Source: Pseudogymnoascus verrucosus (Eukaryota). From it: a DNA stretch of 64,000 bases. The stretch lies in NCBI GenBank assembly GCA_001662655.1, contig KV460239.1. One strand, given 5' to 3'. Below are positions 49,758 to 62,513 of this stretch, in pieces. Below the pieces are notes generated by a model. That model was not told the DNA's origin, did not search any database, and worked only from the letters and a program-made list of their open reading frames with translations. Positions within the stretch are counted from its first letter, which is position 1. Each line of letters starts with the position of its first letter. The position numbers and the translations under genes were made by a program.

Positions 49758-51932
49758 TCAGATAAACGACCCCCTCCCCCCACCCTTCTCAAACGGCGGC
49801 AAAGGCGGCAACGGCGGACTCTCACTCCCATCCGTCCCCCTCCTCCCCCTCCCGCCACCACCTCTCCCTCCCCTCCCACCTCCCCTTATCGCCTCATACG
49901 CCGCCTCCCCTCCATGCTTCGGCACCGGCGGCGGCTTCTCCACCTCCCCCATCCCCGCCTCCCACCCTTCCTCTTCCTCATACTCCGGAAAGCTTCTAGT
50001 GACATCACTCCCACTATCGCCCCTCGGCCTCACCAAGCCCGCGCGCTCCTCCTCCGACGCGCCTCCAGCGGCTTTCTTCACACTATGACTCGTCCCGCGA
50101 CTCCCCAATCCCGGTCTCATCTTATGCCCCGCCAATTCGCGTTCCCTCTCGCGCTCTCTCGCCCGAATCTCGCGATCAGACATATCCTCAATATTCGGCG
50201 TAGCGTTCCCCTTCCTAAACACATTCTGAAAGCTAAACTGCCTCCTCGCGCTCTGCGGTGGGCGCTCAGCAGCAAGGTGACTACTCCCACCACCGCGCGG
50301 GTCCTCCGCGAACTGGATGTGCGGTTCCCCGCCACCCCCAGCGTGGGCGTCATACGCCGTCTTCTGCTCGTCGAGGCCGGTGGTGTCGTAGTAGCCCGGG
50401 ACGGCGATGGAGGTTAGTGCGACGGGGTGCATAGGGCTCTGCGCGCCGTTGTGATCGTCGACGTGGCGGATGGAGCCGGGGACCATGCTGCGCGCGCGCG
50501 TGCGGATCGTGCCGAGGAAGCTGGGTGTGAGGGAGCCGGTCGTGGGTCGTTCTTCGGCGGCGAGTTCTTCGTCGGTGGGGAAACGGGACATCCCTAGGGG
50601 CGGGTGGGGAGATGCGGCGTATGCGGGTGTGAAGGGGCGGTGCGCGCTACCATATGTAGTGCGTCTCCTCCTCAATCCATCCCATTCAATCTGCTCATTC
50701 TCACTGACGGGTTGGAGATCAGATTGCATGTCGTCGTGTAGGCGGCGTGCCTCCGCCAACTCCATGTTCTGGCGCGCGGTGGAGAGGCGACGGATAATTG
50801 CCGCGGTGCCGCGGATGGCGTCGGCCTTGGGCTCGGACTCGGGCTGCTCCTGCTCGGCGATGGTGCGGATCTGGTCGAGGTTTCCGGAGAAGACGGCGGC
50901 GTCGGGGACGTCCTTGGCGGATTTGGAGAGCTGGAGGAGGGCGACACCGGAGCAGATGGTGAGGAAGCCCATGATGACGGTGATGATTTGGGAGGGGGTG
51001 CCGCCGAAGCCTTTAAAGAGGATGGCGGAGGTGACAATGGTGGCGCTGGTGAAGTAGACGTAGTATGTCGGCGTGACCAGGGCCGCGTTGAAGATATTGA
51101 GAGCTTTCTACACGGGATATTAGTCTTGGCCTGTTCTCAGATCTGGAGGGGAACTTACATTTAAATAGATAATCTCGGTGACCAAAGTGACCACCACAAA
51201 TGCAAATAGCACATACAAAAACCACTGATTAAACTGCTTCTGCCCGCCGATCTGCGCCAGAATCGCAGAACCCAGCCCTTGGGTAGCAACGACACTGAGG
51301 CCTCCGATCAGACTGCAAATAGACAAGTATACGAGCACGGTCTTGTTCCCGTACCGCGGCGCAACCCACACCCCAATGAACACGCATCCCACGATCACGA
51401 TGCCGCCGTAGACGAGGATTCCCGGCTGTACGACAAAGTGTTGCATCTCCTGGATGTTGGTGACGGAGCTCGACGCCGGGATATTGAGTGCGATGACCAC
51501 ACTGCCGAGGATGCAGAGGAGGCATCCCACCATTCCAACGGCGCTCAATCGTTCTTTAAGGAATATGGCTGACAGCACGGTACTGATGACGACACTCAGT
51601 GCTCCCATCGAGGCGACGAGAATCGCATCCGTGAAGGCGTATGCGACGAAATTACAGATCTCGCCAACGATCATGAGAGACATGCCACCCCACCACCATG
51701 CATTCTTGAGGTATCCGTAGCCCTCGCCGGGGATCTCGTCGTATTTCTTGTTCGCCTTGAGCAGGCCCATCTTGGAGAAGATGAAGGAGACGCCGATGAA
51801 GCAGCCTGAGGCGATGGCGAGAACGATACCGATCGTCTTGTAGATTGGTGGCCTGGACTCGGCTGGGCCACCGAGCTCGGCGCGGGAGGAGAGTGTGTTT
51901 GCCGCATCGTAGAGGATATGGGCTGAGGACAT
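49758..51932 (-). CDS. NIPA-family (DUF803) magnesium transporter
   Basis: IGIVLAIASGCFIG, GYLKNAWWWGGMSLMIVGEICNFVAYAF, LSAIFLKERL, YLSICSLIGGLSV, ALNIFNAALVTPTYYVYFT; one intron near 51109-51158. Confidence 0.95.
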
Positions 51933-53832
51933 GATGAGGGAGAGAGCGGATGGCGCAAGGCGCCGAGAGAGGGGGGGTTGGTTTGCTCGATGGACGATCA
52001 GACCATGGGAGTATTTGTTCGTATTTGTTTGTTTCCCTTGGCCTCAGTGTCAGGTATAGATATTCGAAAAGCTCGAAGTTGTCGTATAGTCTCGTCGTCA
52101 AAAGGAGAGGTTCGTAATTTCGGGATTTCTCAGTGTGAGAGAGCGGGTATAACGATAAGTATGCAGGACGAGGTGCCAACGTGCAAGCGCCGAGGATGTT
52201 GGAAAGAGAAGAGGTTCGTGTCTAGGCTCGTGGCAGAATTCGTAGCAGGCGTATGCCTTTCTAAACAGATATTGCCGGAGAGAGTTTCGTTTGGTGTCCT
52301 TTTTGGGTCTATAGACGACAAGGGCGAGAAAAGGGTTGGAAGTTGAAACCTTGGTACAGTCGCAGTCGTACTGTGCACCGTGCTGTTGTACCTGGATCGT
52401 TGACCAAGTGATGGGAGTGGGGTGGGAGGTGGGTTGGGGGGGTGGGTTGGATAAAGGCGGTGGGCTGGTCTGTGTGTGGGCTGTGTGAGCTGGTTTGGTG
52501 GTAGGTAGGTGGGTGGTTCGGTGGTTCGATGGGGCCTCCCGTCAGCGCCAGCGTTTCTAATAATAAGAAAAAACACACAATAAATATGGGTTTATTGAAG
52601 AGAGGGTTGGAGATGGTAATAATTGAAATAAATCGTAATAGTCGTGGAAATAAATCGTAATAATCGTGAAAATAGTGAGAATATCCTGAGGAAAATGATA
52701 AAAATATAAAACAGGATACAGCGATCAACCCTCTCACCCGCTCTCTCTGAAGGATCTACTCCTTCTCCTCGTATCATGTCGAGCTGAGTGTATGGTGCAT
52801 GGAGCATTGATTTGCACAGCCCACCTCCATATAGTAGTGGCGTAAAATACATAACCATACCAGCGCAGTCATTCATCTACGTACTCTGCAGCATCAGCAT
52901 CCCAGAATACATACTCATGATCCCACAGATCAGAAGCCAAAGGTTCCAAAAGGTCCAGAAGTTTGTTGGTGGAGTGACTCCCAGACTTCCTTACCCACAA
53001 TTGAACCCTCCACCATCCACACCAAACCAACACCGACAAGGTTTCAAAGCCTGGCGCCATCTGGCGTGGTTCTTGTTTCAAACCCGCCCGATCGACAGGC
53101 CGCGTCGCCCTTCTGGCCACTCTGAATCTGCAGTCCCAACAATGTCGATCGATAGTATCGCTCCACGTCATGACTCTATCTTTCTCCCGCAGAGTTCGTC
53201 CCGTTCGAGCTTGCGGTGTGTCTGTGCTGTGCTTTACCGCCAAGGTCTAACGACGGCGCTTAGTCGAACGGCCTGATGCCGCCGTCGTTCTATTTCTGAC
53301 GCCGGGCCTGGTAAGAACTAACCCCAACGGCGCTTACTAGTAATATGTAGATGCATCCTGCGTCCTCAGATGGTGGAGTGGCGGAATGGGGGAGGTAAAT
53401 GGAATCGGCAAGCGGTTGGAAGAATAGAAGCTCTCGCACATGGTCATCTGAAAGTAGAGACATTCTCGACGTGTTGAACTGAGTGATGCACCATATTACC
53501 CACGTGATAGACATTCCCAGCCAGTTCTCAACTTGACGACAGTAGGCATTTGCCATGAATGCGATATCGTGCATACTTCAATTATAATGAGAACGTAGTC
53601 AATCTGAGACATCAGCCGTCAGCGCTGAGGACATCCAGTACATGAGATAGAGAGAACTCCAAGGGAAACAGATGTCGGACCCCAAGGTCGTTGCGCGCAT
53701 GGAGTCTGAGATCCCAAGCCCAACAACCTGACGATGTGGTGACAAGAAGGGCGTTGCAAGAAGGATGTGACAGCGAGAAGGGAAGCGGCAGCGAGAAGGA
53801 AAGCAGCAGTGAGAAGAGCAGGTGCATACCTT

Positions 53833-53907
53833 GATCAACTCTGGTTCTTGATCCAAGAAGACTTTAGCCTCGATCAACTCTAGTTCTTGATCCATAGAAG
53901 ACTTTAG
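53833..53907. repeat. About 39-bp direct tandem duplication
   Basis: gatcaactct(g/a)gttcttgatcca(-/t)agaagactttag twice. Confidence 0.85.
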
Positions 53908-54431
53908 AGTAATAGTTCGGTTGAATGCTTGCTTGTCTTCATGCGCTACGGGCCATCCTTCATTCTGATTTCTGGTTACGCTTCTTAGTTTGGGTCGTAG
54001 GAGTATTCGGTATCTCACCCATCATTCTTCTAAGAGCATTCCCTAGGTGGCAACTTGGCTTTTTAGTTTGGGGATTGCTTTGATCGCCAGGAGAGGAGAG
54101 CATATATATGTAATAACAAGTCTGCCTTAACTTGATGGCGCGCCTTGCTTCTGAGCCATTTAATCATCCCATGGACCAGGCGCCCTGCGACTTCTTCACG
54201 GGATCAATGTCTATGGCTGGAGTCATCATCAGATATCACACGCCTCATCCCCAAAACACCCTCTTCCCATCCTCATAAAAAGAACAATCAATTCATATAA
54301 AAAATCCCACGCCCCCATCACCATCTAACTCATTATCATCATTACCACCCCCCCCAAGCGCCCCCATCCCCTCCTCCCCCACCCCCCCAAAATAAAATAA
54401 AACAACCCCCACCGCCCCCTCACCAACCCAC

Positions 54432-57400
54432 CTACTCAACAACCTCCACCCCCTCCAACGCCCTCATCGCCCTCCCCCCCTCCCTCTCAAAGCACCCAAC
54501 CATCCTCTCACACTCCCTCCTCAACCTCTCCTCCGCAACCCCCGCATTCCACCCCACCCACTCCTCAACAGTCATCCCCCTCTCCTCCGCCGTCAGCTCT
54601 CCCCTCCCCAACCCCCCCTTCGCCCCTCCAACCACGAAATTCTCCTTCTCCTTCTCCGCGCTCCTCAGGTGCCCAAATACCTCGTCCAAGTCAACGCCCA
54701 CCCAGGGCTCCCCGCTCTTCAGCCCAGCAACCATGTTTCGCCTCGACGGCGTCCCGGGGGTCGGTGCGAGTGGGATGCGGATGGGAGCTGCTTGCTCAGC
54801 CGAGGCATTCGGCCGCGAGCTCGGGGGACGGTTTTCCGCATCCGAACTCTGCGGTGAAGGCGAGGGCGTGATACTCGCTGCCCTCGCGCGCACCGCAGGC
54901 TGTGGCGTTGGCTCTTCAACAGGCGCTGATTCAGGTGCGGGAGAAGGCGATGCGGCTACGGGAGCGGGCGCCTTCCCCTTCGCCTTCGACGCCGCAGCGC
55001 GGGCTTTTGCCGGCTTGGGCGCTACGACCTGTGGCGGCGGGGATTTGACGCGGTCTTCGATGTTGGCTACGCGCTTGGAGACGACTGCGCGCTGACGCTG
55101 TGGCTGGGGCGCAGGTTCTTCTTCTTGTGGCTGTGGCTCCTCGATGGACGGTTGGATGATATCCTCAATGTTGCGGATGGGTGCTTTCTTCCCTCCCTTA
55201 GCCTTCTTGGTCAATGTGGAGCCACGCTTCTTTCCCCCACGCACGACGGTGGCTTGGCTGGCGTCTGTCTCGTTACCAGAGTCGTCGTGGGCGGTTGCTA
55301 CGCTGTCGTCTTGGTGAGATAAGGCGGATACCATTGACTCATTGACAGACATGGTTGAGCCTCTCGTTGCCCTCGTCGCAGCTGGCTTCGCGGCCTTGGC
55401 CTTTGATGCGCGGCCAGCTCGAGCCTTTGGCGCGGGTTTCAGCTGCTGCTCCAACTCCGCCTGTTCAGCTTCGATTCGGCGAGCCTCAGCTTCAGCAGCC
55501 TCACGTTCGGCTGCTTCACGCTCAGCGGCGGCGGCTTCTTCGGCTTCAGCTGCCTCACGCTCAGCGGCAGCAGCTTCTTCAGCTTCGGCTTCAGCTTCGG
55601 CAGCCTCACGTTCAGCGGCAGCTGCTTCTTCAGCTTGAGCTCGAGCGAGTTCAGCCTCAGCAGCCTCGAGCTCCGCAGCAGCAGCTTCTTCTGCTTGAGC
55701 GTGGGCAAGTTCTGCTTCAGCAGCCTCAAGTTCAGCGGCTGCAGCGGCTGCTTCTTCAGCTTGGGCGTGAGCAAGTTCCGCTTCAGCAGCCTCAAGTTCA
55801 GCAACTGCAGCTGCTTCGGCCGCCTCTGCCGCAGCCTCCGCCGCAGCCTCAGCAGCAGCGGCCTCAGCCTGTGCAGCACGCTTTGCTGCAGCTGTTTGCT
55901 TTGCGGATACCTTTCGTGGCTGGCTAGCCTTTGCACCTCTTGCCTTGGGGAGAGGTTTCGATTCCTCGATTTCCATAGCCTCCAGCTCGGCTTCGAGAGC
56001 TGCCTCATCTATCTCCGCATCTGCCGCTGAAAACATGTCGTAGTCTGTCTTCGCGACCTTGCTAGTGCGTGTTGCCCGTCGAGTTGGTGCCACAGAAGCC
56101 TTGGGCTCCTCGTGAACAACTGGTTTCGCTTCCACAGCATCCTCTTCATCAGTAAGTGGCCTGTTCAGATCTTCTTCGAGCATTTTATCGATTTCATCGT
56201 CATCAGGAACATGTGCGCGGAGGGACGCCTGCGAAGCTGTCGAGACTTGTCGCGATGTCTTCGATTGGCGTCCCTTCCTTTTTGGGGCAGCCTTCTTAGC
56301 TGGTGGTTGTTCTGTCACAGTGACGTCTTCCATCGACACATCGCCCATTACGCTCTCTTGAACGGCAATGCTTCCCCGTGTCCTCCGTTTGGGCGGCGGA
56401 GCTTGAGCCTCGATAACACTAGCAGTATCCTCCATCGCTTCACTGGCCCTTTTCTTCCCTCGTTTGGGCTTTGGTTGTTCCACTGGCACGACATCGACTT
56501 CGTCTTCCGGCTCTGGTAACTCGCTGACCTCAGCCGGCTCTTCCTTCTTCTTCCTGCCTTTTGCAGGGACTTTCTTTCCTTTGGGCGCCTTTCGGGTGGA
56601 TTGAGACGCAGTTGTAGCAGTTGTCATCACACTATCACCTTCATCGACATCCATGTCAACTATAGACGGTGCTTCTGTGAGGGCTGATTGTGTTGATAAT
56701 CTCGAAACCTTGGAGGCGCGGGGTTTCCTGCCCTTCGCAGCTTTCTTCGCAATCGGGCTTTCCGGTTGGTTGCAAAGTGTGAAGAAGGCGCAATCCTGGG
56801 ATCGAGCATGATGTTCGTGGCTGTAATTATATTAGCAGAGTTTTCGCATCACTTGGGATTCGAACTCACAATGGTTTATCAGCTGGCTCCCAGCCATCCA
56901 GTGCAAGAGTACAGTAGACACATTCCGCGTAATCATCGCCTTCCGGCGTCGGCTTGTGTATCCACCCAGCTTCCACCAGCTATTACCGTCAGTACGAGTA
57001 AAACATACCATCCACATCAACATACCTGCTTAGTCTTGCACTTCCACCCCTTCTTCCCCTCATGCGGCCAGCGATCCCCAAACGTCGCCTTCCTCGCCTC
57101 CACCATCCGCGTACTCATCGGGTTCTCCAGATGCATATCACCCACTCTCGCCTCAATACACGACGTGACCGCCCATCCGCAGCCGGGCGACAGCTTTAGA
57201 TGCTCCTCAAGCGGGTTGTCGCCCTTCTCCCACCCACATATCGATTCTCGGCAAAGGAAGCACTTTACATTGTCGGGGTTCTCGTGGGATGGGAGGAAGA
57301 AGAAACCTGCTGCCGCAAGCTGTAGCGAGTTAGCAATAAACTAAACTGTTGAGAGGTGTCTCATCATACTTGTTCTGGGCCGAGCCATGAATGTGGCCAT

Positions 57401-57525
57401 TTCATAGACTTTGGGGCGCGTCCTGTCGCATTGGACCCTCGTCGTTTCGGTAGTGGTTGCGCTGTGTGAAACGACTCCAGCCGTGCAACTTCCGTATAAT
57501 ACTGATCCGGTACGTCCGCCGCCAT
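54432..57525 (-). CDS. BIR1: Chromosomal passenger BIR-domain protein (Bir1/survivin-like)
   Basis: MAADVPDQYYTEVARLESF..WPH..|LAAAGFFFLP..DNVKCFLC..CGWEKGDNPLEEH; second BIR ARKATFGDRWPH..LVEAGW..CVYC..LDGWEPAD; C-terminal MTVEEWVGWNAGVAEERLRRECERMVGCFEREG. Confidence 0.93.
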
Positions 57526-58698
57526 TGTTTTCAGAGTTGACAGTGCACTGTCGTAAAATCTGTCTGTGTTGGAGTTGTTTTGCTGTTCTCGTTGTTTGGC
57601 GATTCGATGTGGGACACGCTGGGAGCCGAACGATTCGAGGTATCACCGCGCGATAAGTATGCGCTAACTGGGCCGAGTCGCTATTTAGTGATGCTTCATA
57701 AATGGGAATCCCTAAAAGATTAGTAGTCGCACGCGTCGAAGTGTTGTCGAGAGTTAATTGCTGGGCGTTGGTTGTTGCGGGAGTCCAGGATGTTATTGTT
57801 TACATCGGAGGGCAGCCGCGATTCTGCAGCCCCACACCGCCGTTGCTTCCCAATCTGGTAGCTTGGAACTCCACTTACTCCACGTTCAGCCAAATATGAT
57901 AATTATCCGTGCATTATCTTCATATGGATTTATATCAATACTTTGCATGCACGCCGATATTGTCTCTTCGTTGGTTTAATTTATATCCTCGCGGCAAGAT
58001 GCTTATATGGAGAGTACTACAGTACCGCATGAATCCTCTTCCCAACCATATCAAGGATTGTGATAGAAGACAGGTATTGCTGTGCTTACGAGCCAAATAG
58101 AAGATACAAGCGCCATGGTTCTAACAAAATAAAAAACTTGACTCCTTTTAAATTACTACACAAGCAAAAAACCTCGTCTCAGACACGGGGGTGGCGGCGG
58201 CGGTCTGTTGGTATGGTGCTTGGCGACGCAGCCAGGGGCTCAGCAAGCTCAAGAACGCCATCGGGAAAATAGCTACTGGAGTCTATCTATAGTGGAGTTA
58301 TTGAAGACATGAGATGAGAGCTATTTATGATAACAGTAATATGAAATGACGGTATGAAGGATAGGAGACGCTGCTGTTGCCGCTCTTACCTATTGCTGAC
58401 ATAATTCTTATCACTAATCACACCTCTATCACCGTCTGCAGCGGCTTTGAGGGCAGGCCCTTGATCAGCTTGTTGCATTCCTTAAAAATGCTACAACACC
58501 TTCTCGGAGGCATAGCTTTTCGACTCCCGGTATTGTTGGTTGGGCAAAATCAGATCAACAGAGTTCCATTTCAACTTATATATTAATGAAAAAAACGTTT
58601 GCTAATTCCTCATTTCATAACCGCTACCACCATATGTTCAGCTACCTCTCTTTTCAATACGAATCTCGGCCACCTATTTACAATATTTCCATACCACT

Positions 58699-59375
58699 TC
58701 AGTTCCTTCGGATCCTGCTTGAAGGCGCAGTAGGCGCGAGAACAAAGTCCACACAAGACTCGTAAGTCTGCCTTGCACCAACTCCATACCACCACCACTG
58801 GATGACCTAAATCCTCAAAGTCAGAAAGTTACTCCCACTGACATTATGTGAAAGGATTCACTTACGCATTCACCGGCAGTCGTGCATTTACCCTCTTCAA
58901 TATCGCTTGGGATCGTGACAGAGAACAATGTGTTGTTCGCTGGCACAGCAGGCAACTTCTCGTCTGCATAGCTATCCCAGTAGAGAAGCTCACTTCCAAC
59001 CACCGTGTTAGATGCTGTGTCGACAATGCTCACATTCGCAGTTCCGGCGTGGAGAATGCGAAGATAAACCTCGATTGGGACGACCTGGCCAGGAGAGTAA
59101 GTCTGAACTGGACCACTGGCTTCCTCGTCCAGCTGGAGACCTTTGCAAAGCCAGAGGTTGCACTCGTCGGCATGGTAGGTCGAATCCACAGCGGCTACCT
59201 GCGGCATTCCTTCGACGTGGTCGGTCACATCTTGTTTGTGAAGGAGCGTTATGGCGGTACCGCAGGCTGCACGGGAGACAGCTCCAGCGATCCTGGGAGT
59301 AGGACTGGTGATTACTCCATGAGAAGAGACTGTGGTTGCAATACCGACAAGGGTGGCTAATGATAGATACTGCAT
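58699..59375 (-). CDS. Secreted AA16-family lytic polysaccharide monooxygenase-like copper protein
   Basis: Signal peptide ends right before His1 (SS|HGVITSPTPR); CNLWLCKG, RILHAGTANVSIVD (second His), and after the intron VIQWWWYG..QTYESCVDF, matching the AA16 pattern. Confidence 0.85.
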
Positions 59376-59971
59376 GATGATGATTTGGACGAAATATACT
59401 CTGTGGGGTTTTTGATAATGAAAATAGAATAGGAAAGTGGCTCAAAGGTATTTATGGGGACAGTTATATATCTATTTCCAAGAAATATCGCGCTGCTTAC
59501 TCGAAATCAGGCTGTGGAAGCAGCCTGTAATGGTTAAACAATATATAAACGGAAGAATTTAAAACTGCCAGTTCTATACCTGGGTAGATCGACAACTTTA
59601 TAGATGATGCTTATGCTTCTCAGTAGCCTGTTTAGTGTGATGAAACTGCCGGATATCAACTTTATATTAACGAAGTAACCTTGTTTGGTTGAGTTTCAAG
59701 GCTAAGCGGCGGGCGGCACGGCGTGCCTCCGCACGGTGGTTCCGGCAATTGTTTTCTCAGATTGAGTGGACCGATCAGTGGGATCCACGGACGATATCTA
59801 CCCCGCCATACTCTAAATCGCACCGCAGTCAACAAAACACATTCGGACCATTCGGATGCCACTCATTCCGTACTGGCTCTTGGATAATAAATACTGAGGT
59901 ATTATAGTATTTATACGCCAATATTTGTTTATGCAATTTTGAAGGCTTTTTCCTGTTCGGATCCCAAAACC

Positions 59972-61084
59972 ATGCCCTCAGACCAGAGATCCACATATAC
60001 CAATCCAGATGCCAAAGCGTACAATCTCCCTGAGCTTGCCGATGCGCAAACGGTGAGGAAATTTCACGAGAGTCTGCCAGAATACAGCCCTACTCCCCTC
60101 GTGTCTCTTGGGGAGCTGGCAGAAAAGTTTGGAGTGAAGAGTATCTTCATCAAAGATGAAGGAAATCGGTTGGGACTCCCGTCGTTCAAAATCCTTGGCG
60201 CCTCTTGGGGAACATTCCGAGCAATAGCGTCCAAGCTCGATCTTTCCCTTGATAGTAGCCTTGATGATCTCTCAGAAGCTGCCAAAAATGCATCCATCAA
60301 ACTATTCGCTGCCACGGATGGAAATCATGGACGGGCCGTTGCATACATGGCAAAGCTTCTGCAAATATCAGCTGAGATATATGTCCCAACGGCTGTAAGC
60401 AGCCATGCTCGGGAATTGATTGCTGCAGAAGGCGCTGAAGTGATTGTTATTCAAGGCGACTACGACGATTCCGTACGTATTGCTGCTGAAAAATCAACCA
60501 CGTCACCCAGTGGGCTTCTGATCCAGGACATGGCTTTTGAAGGATACGACTATATCCCGTCTTGGATTGTTGATGGATACTCTACGATGTTGCATGAAGT
60601 CGGTTCTCAGCTCGAAGAGAAAGGGTTAAAGCCCACAATCATCATCACGCCAGTTGGAGTGGGCTCCCTTGCAACAGCCGTCGTCACTCACGCCAAGTCC
60701 GGAGGGCGTTCGATTACCATACTTGCAGTTGAGCCCGATACCGCAGGATGCCTTCACACCAGCCTGAAAGCTAGTCAAATGACCCCCATCAAGACACCCG
60801 GGACTATCATGACGGGCCTGGACTGTGGCACGGTCTCAACTGCTGCTTGGCCAGTCCTCCGGGCTGGTATTGATGCCAGTGTCACTGTCTCCGATTCTTC
60901 GTGCCATGATGCAGTGCTGTATCTGACGAGGCATGGCATTTTTCTTGGGCCATGCGGTGCTGCTGGTCTAGCTGCACTCTTGAGCATCGGGCCTACGGAA
61001 CCTGAGTCTATCGGACTAAATTCGGACTCTGTGGTTGTCATCTTGGGCACTGAGGGGCCCCGGCCGTATTTTGACAGCCTTTGA
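59972..61084 (+). CDS. PLP-dependent diaminopropionate ammonia-lyase family protein (fold type II), intronless
   Basis: FHESLPEYSPTPL, KDEGNRLGLPSFKILGASW (PLP Lys), ATDGNHGRAVA, IQDMAFEGY, GYSTML, VGVGSLA, TIMTGLDCG. Confidence 0.88.
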   Translation: MPSDQRSTYTNPDAKAYNLPELADAQTVRKFHESLPEYSPTPLVSLGELAEKFGVKSIFIKDEGNRLGLPSFKILGASWGTFRAIASKLDLSLDSSLDDLSEAAKNASIKLFAATDGNHGRAVAYMAKLLQISAEIYVPTAVSSHARELIAAEGAEVIVIQGDYDDSVRIAAEKSTTSPSGLLIQDMAFEGYDYIPSWIVDGYSTMLHEVGSQLEEKGLKPTIIITPVGVGSLATAVVTHAKSGGRSITILAVEPDTAGCLHTSLKASQMTPIKTPGTIMTGLDCGTVSTAAWPVLRAGIDASVTVSDSSCHDAVLYLTRHGIFLGPCGAAGLAALLSIGPTEPESIGLNSDSVVVILGTEGPRPYFDSL

Positions 61085-61449
61085 TATATCCTCAAGGTTA
61101 TTGCGAGACTGGGTTGAGACGAGATGCCTCCTCAGAACTGTACTGTCAACTACTTTCCCAGTTTGACGAGCCAAACAGATCAACTATATTCACTGCTATT
61201 AATATACTATAATGTTTATAATGTTGATATAATTTATATTTATATTTCTGAGTGGCTAACTTATTGATTGCAGCCCGAAGTGGCTGCATGCTTTTCTTCA
61301 AATTACAGATGGTGAAACACTCCACAGTCTCTCTAACACGTCCGGCCATCACCAGCACCCCTTCTTAGCGGCCGCGCCAGCCTCCAGTTCATTCACAATT
61401 TTGACACTAATGATAATTAGTTTACATTTTCATAAAGTTTAAAAGATGC

Positions 61450-61692
61450 TTACAGCTCGCGCAGTGTTTCGAGATAGCGATCCATGGAATAATCGTGCAG
61501 AGGAGGAAGTATCCTATATAATGTGTATCCGGTTGCGAAGAACAAAATCACAGCAAGTAAAATAGCCAAGACAAAGACCAGTGGTCCCACTTCATCTACT
61601 TTATTCCATATATTGGATTCCTTGGTGCGTCTCTGGCGATGTGACTCTTCGTCGTAAATTATTTCTTGCGGGCGCTGTTGCGATACCGTCAT
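61450..61692 (-). CDS. Small hypothetical membrane protein (80 aa)
   Basis: ORF with one hydrophobic segment PLVFVLAILLAVILFFATGY; TATA-like element upstream. Confidence 0.4.
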   Translation of the reverse strand: MTVSQQRPQEIIYDEESHRQRRTKESNIWNKVDEVGPLVFVLAILLAVILFFATGYTLYRILPPLHDYSMDRYLETLREL

Positions 61693-62237
61693 CTTGGAAG
61701 TTGAAAGGTTCGATTTATGCGTTTGTGATTGTTTTGGCTGTATAGGCTGTGGATGAGGAACGGAGCTGTCGAAGAGAGAGAGGCTTATGAAGTCTGACCT
61801 GACGCTAATTTTAAAGTTATATAGCTCCGTCCGTTTGAGAATACACTAATTTGGGTGACATGCCATCGTGGGAGTCATTTGAGTCTAAATATCATGGTTA
61901 GCTAGCATATACCATGAAAATGGCACGTATGAATAATAAATTTAGTAAAATATATATTAAAATTCTATAGTATGTGATCTAACGAGTTAACAATGCCCTG
62001 TCCATGAGCGAATAGGACTTTGCAGACAAATGCACGGCGCCGTCATAAAAAACTGCACCCAGTGAGCAATCAGCTTTGTCTAATTTCGTAATCCCCCTAC
62101 GCCTGCCGCTGTAGTTCCGCTCTCGCTATCATCGCTGTGTATCCATCCCTAGCAAAGCAAACCACCTTCGTCCAGCGCGCCAAATAGGTAATCATCGCTC
62201 AAAAAGCAGACCAAAAAATCGTATCGTCTCGCATCTC

Positions 62238-62513
62238 TCATCCTCGGCAGCAGGAACCAAAGCACATATCTAAAAGAGAAAGTCAGTATATATCAACGAT
62301 AATAGAAAGGATAGGTCACCTACCTGGGTTTCCTCCAGTGCGGACGGACCTTGGCTTCTTCACTGCCACAACCTTCTCAGCTGGAATGAGGTTCAAGATT
62401 GAATCGGTATCTCCGCGGTCAGCGTTGAAAAGGGAAACACGGACCTTCTGCCAGATGGCCTGAGGAGAGTGTCCGTTGGTGTTCTTGTTGTATGGAGAGG
62501 TATAACGCGCCAT
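62238..62513 (-). CDS. Small hypothetical two-exon protein (about 72 aa)
   Basis: ATG in good context (caaaaATG); intron gtaggt..ctgac..ttttag gives the C-terminus ..GGNPDMCFGSCCRG*. Confidence 0.35.

Noticed and set aside
53290..54018. Minus-strand ORF fragments that might form a gene or pseudogene
   Set aside because: No consistent spliced frame or recognisable domain could be built
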